This document shows positions 1-5,824 of a DNA stretch of 17,507 nucleotides, piece by piece. The notes under the pieces are model-generated. The model was given only the letters and a program-made list of their open reading frames with translations. It ran no database searches and was not told where the DNA came from. Within the stretch, counting starts at the first letter, position 1; each line of letters begins with the position of its first letter. The stretch is from NCBI GenBank assembly GCA_008932965.1, contig WBXG01000037.1, positions 1 to 17,507 of the forward strand, written 5' to 3'. The translations under genes and the position numbers were made by a program. Origin of the DNA: Verrucomicrobiota bacterium (GTDB lineage: Bacteria; Verrucomicrobiota; Verrucomicrobiia; Chthoniobacterales; UBA6821).

Positions 1-28
1 CGTAAGTCTCATCACTGCTACGTTGTAC

Positions 29-207
29 TAACCTAAATATTTCATACTAATATAATGAGGAGGCGGCGAGGCTAAGGGGGCATGACAGGCGAGCATTTGA
101 CACTGGGCTGTAGGTGTCCCTATCGCCCCATTCAAAATGTGGTCTCACGCAGCATTTACCCTAGCTTCCCGGTCTCCGCAGGTGATTGGTATGAAGTGTT
201 CGGACCA
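29..207. mobile_element. MITE-like imperfect-palindrome repeat, copy A (degenerate right end)
   Basis: Left end TA|ACCTAAATATTTCATACTAA and right end GGTATGAAGTGTTCGGAC|CA are inverted copies of the family terminus. Internal blocks GGGCTGTAGGTGTC, CATTCAAAATGTGGTCTCACGCAGCAT and CTTCCCGGTCTCCGCAG align with copy B (2292-2476). Confidence 0.75.
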
Positions 208-229
208 GCATCATGGTTGAGTCTTTGAT

Positions 230-269
230 GATGAGAGAGCATAGCATGCTACTGCTCTATTCCCTCATC
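230..269. repeat. Imperfect inverted repeat / hairpin followed by a T-rich tract (possible terminator or operator upstream of the porin gene)
   Basis: GATGAG (230-235)/CTCATC (264-269) and GAGCA (237-241)/TGCTC (253-257) bracket the perfect palindrome TAGCATGCTA (242-251), followed by GATTTATT. The structure is seen directly. Its function cannot be determined from sequence. Confidence 0.3.
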
Positions 270-375
270 GATTTATTAGGCCCACGAAGCATCCGATGTC
301 ACCTCTGTGCGCAATACTCGGGTTAGAATGTGTAGTATCATCGATTCGGCGTAGGAGTATCAATCACAAAAAGTC

Positions 376-519
376 ATGATGAAAAATTTTTTCTTGCTTC
401 TATCCTATCTCTTACTAAAACGTTTGGGGTCCATTTGGGCCTCTCCTCCGGATACATTTTTTTGCCCCACTTACTATCTCATCTCAAATCTTCTTTGTGA
501 CCCAACTCCGATGAGATGA
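376..519 (+). CDS. Possible 47-aa small ORF with a signal-peptide-like N-terminus (below the ORF-track cutoff)
   Basis: ATGATG start at 376. Hand translation: MMKNFFLLLSYLLLKRLGSIWASPPDTFFCPTYYLISNLLCDPTPMR*. It has a hydrophobic h-region and an A-S-like cleavage context. It is in the same frame as the porin ORF but separated from it by TGA (517) and TAA (532). No homology recognised. Confidence 0.2.
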   Translation: MMKNFFLLLSYLLLKRLGSIWASPPDTFFCPTYYLISNLLCDPTPMR

Positions 520-555
520 AGCATAGAAAAATAAGTTCTCTATAAGCACCCCCCC

Positions 556-2274
556 ATGTCCTCTTTCCTCTGCTTCCTTGCGGCAGCAACTCTTCCCTTT
601 GCCTATACTTCGAGCCCCAAAAGTGGCTCTATTAGCACGCCTCCTGCTGCTACCAAAGTTTCAAATCCTATCCAGCCTGCCTCGATTTCTCACGTGGAGG
701 AGCAGGAGGATCAATTAATCCAGGAGCTTTTTGACACTCAGGAGCCTCAACCCTTTATTTCTCCTTATGAGGCCATGGCTCCATTTCCACGTAGCATTCG
801 TGAGTATAAAAATGCTTCTCAGAGCTCTAATGGAGAGCGTCGCGACCTTCCACGCACTCGAAAAACATTAGATTATCTTCGTTCGGCCCTTCTTTCAGTG
901 GTAGATGAGGAGGAGGATCAATTAATCCAAGAGCTTTTTATTAATAAGGAACCTCAACGCTTTATTTCTCCTTATGAGGCCATGGCTCAATTTCCACGTA
1001 GTATTCGTGAATATAAAAATGCCTCTGGTAATTGGTTTGGTTGTAGGGACTATTTGGATAACCATGGGATTGAATTCTCCACGACCTATACCTCCGATAT
1101 TGCTGGCAACCCCGTTGGGGGAAGGATTCCTGGGGGCTTTACCTACGCTGATAACTTTACCTTTGCCTGTTTAGTCGAGACAGAAAAACTTTTTGGATGG
1201 CATGGGGGCTTCTTGAGAATCAGTACATTACAACGTGATGGATTGAGCCTTTCTCAAAAAAATATTGGGAGTTTTTATCGTGTTCAGCAGCTCGCAGATG
1301 GTCATACATTCAAGTGGTATGAGCTCTCCTACCAGCAAGACTTTTTGAAGGATCGCTGGAGTTTTAAGTTGGGACGTCTAGGAATCAATAACGATTTTGA
1401 TGTTTCCCCTCTCTACTGGCTTTATATGAACCACGCTATTGATGGCACCACGCGTGGGTTTGCTATTGATGGAAAATTACCGACTTATCCCAATGCTGTT
1501 TGGGGAAGTCGTCTTAAAGTCAATCTTACCTCTTCCACAGCACTGCGTCTTGGAATCTACCAAATGACCACTCCCTCTCTCAATGGACTCAATTGGAATT
1601 TTTATCCAAGCAATGGCACTCTACTCCTAGGTCAATACAGCTGGAGCCCAGAATTTTGCAAACCCACCTCCTTATCAGAAAAGCCTCAAACCCCCTCATT
1701 GATTCCATCAACCTCGGGGAAAAAGGAGGTCTCTGAAAAATCTTTTCAAAAGCCTGTTGATGTTTCAAAGCTCAAAGGACTCGAAGGTCATTACTGGATG
1801 GGAGGCTACTATTCTTCCTGGGAATATCGTCAGCTCAATACTCCTCAGAATGCCCCTAATTCCTTTGGTCTTTACTGGCATGCCGATCAAACAGTCTATC
1901 GACCTAATCCTATAAGCGATGCTGGACTCATCCTCTGGTCCTCCTACACTTTGTGTCCCCAAGAGAATATTTCAATTGTTACCTTTCAAGCAAATGCGGG
2001 GGCTATTTACACAGGTCTCATTCCAGGACGTGTCAATGACTCCCTGATTTTTGGATCAGCTTATGGTGATTTTAGTAACTCCCTTGCGGGAACTCCATCA
2101 TCAGTCAAAAATGGCACCCCAACCTACGAGCTTATTTATGAGCTTGCCTACCGGGTCAATTTTACAAAATTTTTCTACTTTCAACCCGACCTTCAGTGGA
2201 TCATTAATCCGGGCGGAACCGGCCACATTCCTAATGCCTTGGTCTTAGGAGCTCAGATGGGAGTGATTTTTTAG
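556..2274 (+). CDS. OprB-family (carbohydrate-selective) outer-membrane porin with a duplicated N-terminal module
   Basis: 572-aa ORF. The C-terminal FYFQPDLQWIINPGG...LGAQMGVIF motif with terminal Phe, and the start of the barrel (GNWFGCRDYLDNHGIEFSTTYTSD), are typical of OprB porins. The N-terminus is hydrophobic. Residues about 47-158 contain two copies of a 42-aa unit. Confidence 0.85.
   Translation: MSSFLCFLAAATLPFAYTSSPKSGSISTPPAATKVSNPIQPASISHVEEQEDQLIQELFDTQEPQPFISPYEAMAPFPRSIREYKNASQSSNGERRDLPRTRKTLDYLRSALLSVVDEEEDQLIQELFINKEPQRFISPYEAMAQFPRSIREYKNASGNWFGCRDYLDNHGIEFSTTYTSDIAGNPVGGRIPGGFTYADNFTFACLVETEKLFGWHGGFLRISTLQRDGLSLSQKNIGSFYRVQQLADGHTFKWYELSYQQDFLKDRWSFKLGRLGINNDFDVSPLYWLYMNHAIDGTTRGFAIDGKLPTYPNAVWGSRLKVNLTSSTALRLGIYQMTTPSLNGLNWNFYPSNGTLLLGQYSWSPEFCKPTSLSEKPQTPSLIPSTSGKKEVSEKSFQKPVDVSKLKGLEGHYWMGGYYSSWEYRQLNTPQNAPNSFGLYWHADQTVYRPNPISDAGLILWSSYTLCPQENISIVTFQANAGAIYTGLIPGRVNDSLIFGSAYGDFSNSLAGTPSSVKNGTPTYELIYELAYRVNFTKFFYFQPDLQWIINPGGTGHIPNALVLGAQMGVIF
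694..1026 (+). repeat. Intragenic direct duplication: two 126-bp units (694-819 and 901-1026) separated by 81 bp, in frame inside the porin gene
   Basis: Hand alignment gives about 15 mismatches in 126 nt. The peptides are EEQEDQLIQELFDTQEPQPFISPYEAMAPFPRSIREYKNAS and EEEEDQLIQELFINKEPQRFISPYEAMAQFPRSIREYKNAS (35/41 identical). Confidence 0.9.
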
Positions 2275-2291
2275 AGCATCTTAAAAAGAGT

Positions 2292-2476
2292 GAACCCGCA
2301 TATTTCATACTGAATCGTCATGAGGCGCCGTGCAAAGGTTATTAGTACAAGGCGGGCGAAGGATTGGGATGCCGGGCTGTATGTTTCATACTGTCCAAAT
2401 CAAAATATGAGTCTAACGCAGCATCCATCTGACTTCCCGGCTTCCGTAGTAGAATCGGTATGAAATATCCGGGTTA
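2292..2476. mobile_element. MITE-like imperfect-palindrome repeat, copy B (full length, 185 bp)
   Basis: The termini are ACCCGCATATTTCATACTGA and TCGGTATGAAATATCCGGGT|TA. The central hairpin is CTGTATG-TTT-CATACTG (2377-2393). The left arm is about 94% identical to copy G. The right arm aligns with copies D, F and A. It lies between the convergent porin and parB genes. Confidence 0.9.
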
Positions 2477-3370
2477 ATCCTGCGTCACTCCTAACTCTCG
2501 GATCAAACGATCCAAATCATCTGAACCATAATATTCAATAACAACCTGACCTTTTTTTTCTCCATGTTGAAGAAGGACGCGCGTTGAGAATCGATGTTGT
2601 AGTTTATTTTGTAGATGAAGCAGTACCGGCGGGAGATCCAGAGAGCTGTGGCGCTTTCTTGTTTTTCTAGCATCCTTGTTTTCTCTGAGATGGGCTTCGA
2701 CAAGTTCCTCAGTAGCCCGTACGGAGGCGCTTCGACGTAGAATCTGATTGGAAATGAACCGTTGCTCCTCGTGATTTTTAAGACCAAGAAGAACCTTCGC
2801 ATGTCCGACACTCAGGCGTCCTTGGATAAGAAAACTTTTTACTTCAGGATCGAGATCAAGCAGGCGTAGAGCATTGGCTACAACCGCACGGCTTTTACCA
2901 ACACGGCGCGCTATCTCTTCCTGAGTTAGGTGAAATTCAACTGCAAGACGTTCATAGGCGGTCGCCTCTTCAATGGGATTGAGCCCTTCACGCTGGAGAT
3001 TTTCAATTAAGGCAAGCTCTAAGACCTCTTGGTCTGAAGCTTTTCGAATAATAACCGGAACTTCATGGAGCCCTATTTCAATGGCTGCACGAAAGCGGCG
3101 CTCTCCGGCGATCAGCTCATAGTGGCTCCCCACCCTGCGAACAATCAGTGGCTGGATAATACCTCGCTCTCGAATGGATTCGATTAAGTCGTGTAGCTGC
3201 TCTTTCTTAAATTCAGTTCGTGGCTGCAGTGGGCTAGCTACAATTTTTGGAAGTGCCACTGTTTCGATTTGCTCCCCCTTTTCCTCTTGGGGTTTAGGAG
3301 AGCCGAGAGGGGAGGCACCGCGAGAGTTAATGAGGGACCCAAGACCTTTACCAAGTGCTGGCTTTGCCAT
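2474..3370 (-). CDS. parB: ParB/Spo0J-family chromosome partitioning protein
   Basis: 298 aa. Motifs: N-terminal GKGLGSLI, the ParB-box region IQPLIVRR...YELIAGERRFRAA, and the HTH LTQEEIARRVGKSRAVVANALRLL. The stop codon TAA (2474-2476) overlaps the terminal TA of MITE copy B. Confidence 0.9.
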   Translation of the reverse strand: MAKPALGKGLGSLINSRGASPLGSPKPQEEKGEQIETVALPKIVASPLQPRTEFKKEQLHDLIESIRERGIIQPLIVRRVGSHYELIAGERRFRAAIEIGLHEVPVIIRKASDQEVLELALIENLQREGLNPIEEATAYERLAVEFHLTQEEIARRVGKSRAVVANALRLLDLDPEVKSFLIQGRLSVGHAKVLLGLKNHEEQRFISNQILRRSASVRATEELVEAHLRENKDARKTRKRHSSLDLPPVLLHLQNKLQHRFSTRVLLQHGEKKGQVVIEYYGSDDLDRLIRELGVTQD

Positions 3371-3523
3371 AGAAAAAAATAGGAGTAGTGGAAGAGAGGT
3401 TTATGAGTAGCTGCAGGATGGTTAGCACATACAATTATAATAACTCCTCTTTTTTTACGAGATGGAATCTTTTAAAATGCATTATTGTCATAAATATAGT
3501 GTATTAAATTGAAAAGAGCATGT

Positions 3524-3690
3524 TAGCCCGAATATTTTACACTCAATCTATTGCAGCTTGTACAAATCATGTGAGGAAGGCTGACACCATAGGTGCGAGC
3601 AGCGATTACCTGAGGAAGACTTCGAACTCAACGCAGCATCTATCTAGCTTCCCGATCTCCGGAGGTGATGAGCGTGAACTATCCGGGCGA
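3524..3690. mobile_element. MITE-like imperfect-palindrome repeat, copy C (diverged)
   Basis: Left end TA|GCCCGAATATTTTACACTCA. Right end TGAGCGTGAACTATCCGGGC|GA (reverse complement GCCCGGATAGTTCACGCTCA). The internal block CAACGCAGCATCTATCTAGCTTCCCGATCTCCGGAGG aligns with the right arms of copies A and B. It lies in the divergent parB / ligase-like intergenic region. Confidence 0.8.
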
Positions 3691-3693
3691 GAT

Positions 3694-4410
3694 ATGTTTT
3701 CTCAGATGGATCTTTTTTTTTCTTCTACCCCTCTAGAAGGTCCAGAGCAGATGGCTTTAGACGAGGTCTTATTACGACACGCCACGCGACCCTTATTACG
3801 CCTTTATTGCTGGAGCGCTCCGTGTGTCACTTTTGGTTATTTTCAACAATGGAAGAAAGTTCAGGCTGCTTTTCCAGGACGCCAGCTTGTACGGCGCTCG
3901 AGCGGTGGGGGGTCGGTCGAGCATGATGGAGATAATACTTTTTCTCTTATTATTCCTCCCTCCGAGCCAGCAGGGAGGATTCCTCCATCTCTTTTTTATA
4001 AACGCTTTCATGAGGCTCTTGTGGAGGTCTTACACGCCTTTGGATGGAATGCCCGTCTCTTAGGTCTAGATGAAACCGTTCAGGGCGAGGCCTGTTTTCA
4101 AGCCCCCTCTCTTTATGATGTGATGATAGAAAATCAAAAAATTGTTGGAGGAGCACAGCGTCGCTCCGCTGGTACCTTGCTTCATCAGGGAAGTCTCCAT
4201 CTCCCTAGAAAATCAAAACTAGTAGCTGCCGTGGAAAAGGAAATTATCTCGCATGAGGCCTCCGAGTTAGCCCGAATATTTTTCTCTGCTCTCGCAGCAC
4301 ATTTATCCTCCAAGGTAACTCTTTTAAAAGAAGAGCCACTCTGGCTAGAAGAGGCATCATTACTTGCTCGTACACGTTATGGAACGCTCTCATGGACTCA
4401 AAAAAAGTAG
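3694..4410 (+). CDS. Lipoate--protein ligase family protein (BPL/LPL catalytic domain)
   Basis: Motifs: MALDEVLL, RRSSGGGSVEHD and KIVGGAQRR (the conserved Lys context of LplA/LipB-type enzymes). The track ORF starts at 3520 inside MITE C. The first ATG outside the repeat is 3694 (MFSQMDLFF...), 3 nt after the repeat end, and I take it as the start. Confidence 0.75.
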   Translation: MFSQMDLFFSSTPLEGPEQMALDEVLLRHATRPLLRLYCWSAPCVTFGYFQQWKKVQAAFPGRQLVRRSSGGGSVEHDGDNTFSLIIPPSEPAGRIPPSLFYKRFHEALVEVLHAFGWNARLLGLDETVQGEACFQAPSLYDVMIENQKIVGGAQRRSAGTLLHQGSLHLPRKSKLVAAVEKEIISHEASELARIFFSALAAHLSSKVTLLKEEPLWLEEASLLARTRYGTLSWTQKK

Positions 4411-4419
4411 CAAAGGGAT

Positions 4420-4600
4420 TAACCCGGATATTTCACACTAAATCTATTACGGCTTGTGGAAAGCTTATCATTACTGCTTCAGCCTCGAATTGCTCCTCGG
4501 GCAGTATGAAACATACAGCCCAAATCAAAATGTAAGTCTAACGCAGTATCCATTAGGTGTTCGCAAGCCGCAGTAGAATCGGGATGAAATATCCGGGTTA
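4420..4600. mobile_element. MITE-like imperfect-palindrome repeat, copy D (full length, 181 bp, TA on both flanks)
   Basis: TA|ACCCGGATATTTCACACTAA...GGGATGAAATATCCGGGT|TA. The left arm aligns with the reverse complement of its own right arm at about 65% identity. The central hairpin CAGTATG-AAA-CATACAG (4502-4518) is in the opposite orientation to that in B and G. Confidence 0.9.
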
Positions 4601-4691
4601 TATCAACTCCACGTTAGCTCTCGACGCTCGATGCTTACTCAAGCTATTTTATTGGGCTTTGATATCTCCAGCTGTTAACCCAAATACTCCT

Positions 4692-5600
4692 TTGAAAACT
4701 GATCACGTATTTTCTTCTGCTCTTAAGACCACTTCCCCACTACTTCTGGGACATTCTCCTGATCCGGATGATGCTTTTATGTTTTATGCTATGGCTGCAG
4801 GAAAAATCGATCTGCGTGGATACCACTTCGAACATATCTTACAGGATATTCAAACCCTCAATGAACGTGCGATGCGAGGAGAGCTTCATCTGAGTGCTGT
4901 TTCAATTCATGCCTATGCCCATCTGCTCCACAGTTACGCGCTCCTTCCTTGTGGAGCAAGTATGGGAGATGGATATGGTCCCATGTTTGTGACCCGTAAC
5001 TCACATGCAACGATGCCGTCCAATGATGCCTCACTCGAGGAGAAGAAAACATGGCTTCGCTGCCAAAGGATCGCTGTCCCAGGACTCATGACGAGTGCCT
5101 TTCTTTCAGCTCAGCTGCTGCTTGGCAAGGACTTCAATTATAGTGTAATTCCCTTTGATGAGATTTTTGAAGCTGTCACTACCGGTGCTGCTGATGTTGG
5201 ACTCATTATTCATGAAGGGCAACTTACTTACGCCCAGGAAGGGTTTTCAAAAATCCTCGATCTGGGAGAATGGTGGAAAGACTCTACAGGACTTCCACTG
5301 CCGCTCGGTGGCAATGTGATTCGCAAAGATTTTAATACCGAGCAACGTCGTGAAATAAACACCATCATGAAGGCCAGCATCCAGTATGGTCTTGACCATC
5401 GTGCCGCTGGTGTTGCCCATAGCATGGCTCATGCGCGCGGGATGGAGGTTCCCCTGGCCGACCGTTTCATCGGCATGTATGTTAATGATTACACCCTCGA
5501 CTATGGAGAGAGTGGCCGCGCTGCAATCCGCGAATTCCTTGGCCAAGGTGCAGAACGGGGATTAGTACCGAGGATAGACGAGCTCGAGTTTGTATCGTAG
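4692..5600 (+). CDS. MqnA/MqnD-family protein (futalosine-route menaquinone biosynthesis; periplasmic-binding-protein-like fold)
   Basis: The N-terminal LLLGHSPDPDDAFMFYAM motif and overall layout resemble the MqnA/MqnD family. The stop at 5600 is firm and the start is unresolved. The track start GTG 4557 and the ATG at 4584 both lie inside MITE D. TTG 4692 (or TTG 4659) is the first in-frame start outside the repeat and upstream of the conserved motif. Confidence 0.65.
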   Translation: MKTDHVFSSALKTTSPLLLGHSPDPDDAFMFYAMAAGKIDLRGYHFEHILQDIQTLNERAMRGELHLSAVSIHAYAHLLHSYALLPCGASMGDGYGPMFVTRNSHATMPSNDASLEEKKTWLRCQRIAVPGLMTSAFLSAQLLLGKDFNYSVIPFDEIFEAVTTGAADVGLIIHEGQLTYAQEGFSKILDLGEWWKDSTGLPLPLGGNVIRKDFNTEQRREINTIMKASIQYGLDHRAAGVAHSMAHARGMEVPLADRFIGMYVNDYTLDYGESGRAAIREFLGQGAERGLVPRIDELEFVS

Positions 5601-5656
5601 TAAGAGTTTTTTTATAGCAATGACTGGAATGAGCCTGGGATTTTATACGATTTTCC

Positions 5657-5796
5657 TAGCTCGGATATTTCATACTGATCGTGACGAGGAAGCCGTGAAG
5701 GCTGATGGGGCAACACCGGCGGTCGGGAGACTGCGGGGGAGACTGCATCAGGATTCGCGGCGCCTCGCGACGAATTAGTATGAAATATGCGGGCTA
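5657..5796. mobile_element. MITE-like imperfect-palindrome repeat, copy E (short form, 140 bp, TA on both flanks)
   Basis: TA|GCTCGGATATTTCATACTGATCGTGACGAGG...TCGCGACGAATTAGTATGAAATATGCGGGC|TA. The arms are mutually complementary (TCGTGACGAGGAAGCCGTGAAGGCTGATG versus the reverse complement TCGTCGCGAGGCGCCGCGAATCCTGATG). The centre carries a small tandem duplication, GGGAGACTGC at 5725-5734 and again at 5737-5746. Confidence 0.85.
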
Positions 5797-5824
5797 AATC
5801 GATGCATGAGCAGGGAATAAAAAA

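Noticed and set aside
974-1174. Numerous 60-140-aa track ORFs are nested in, or antisense to, the large genes (for example 974-1174, 1765-1962, 2503-2811, 3796-4156, 4858-5546, 7565-7837, 8172-8408, 9175-9932, 12030-12233, 13428-13892, 14784-15095 and 16098-16953).
   Set aside because: All lie wholly inside longer ORFs that carry clear family motifs. None shows a recognisable domain, and their composition is typical of off-frame translation.
2398-2412. AATCAAAATATGA in the right arms of the repeats could be an IHF site, as in Correia elements.
   Set aside because: It matches WATCAA but lacks the downstream TTR at the required spacing in copies B, D and F, so the consensus WATCAANNNNTTR is not met.
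3520-3693. N-terminal extensions in the ORF track: 3520 for the ligase-like gene, 4557 for the mqnA/D-like gene and 11041 for the small membrane ORF.
   Set aside because: The extra codons are encoded by MITE copies C and D, or overlap tRNA-Gly (11000-11072). Conserved protein motifs begin downstream. These are longest-ORF artefacts, although the ATG at 4584 inside copy D remains a formal alternative start.
3713-3721. A/T homopolymers of 8-9 nt inside coding regions (T9 at 3713-3721 in the ligase-like gene, T8 near 2556 in parB, T9 near 16705 in purK) could be phase-variation tracts.
   Set aside because: They encode ordinary Phe-Phe or Lys-Lys runs in housekeeping genes. A/T runs of this length are common at this base composition. 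There is no reason to expect functional switching.
5590-5778. Three track ORFs (5590-5778, 10296-10511 and 10980-11195) share the peptide motif (W/R)IFH(T/A)D(R/G)D, which could suggest a small conserved protein family.
   Set aside because: The shared peptide is simply the translation of the repeat terminus GGATATTTCATACTGATCGTGACG. Outside that segment the ORFs are unrelated. The substitutions between copies are not biased toward synonymous changes. One ORF overlaps the tRNA. I treat all three as artefacts of the repeat.
29-5796. The gene-repeat-gene-repeat layout could be an integron cassette array with attC sites.
   Set aside because: No integrase is present. The genes are housekeeping genes in mixed orientation. 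The repeat ends (GGGTTAATC, GGGTTAACA) do not satisfy the attC R'/R'' cores GTTRRRY/RYYYAAC. The same repeats also occur at dispersed loci later in the window.
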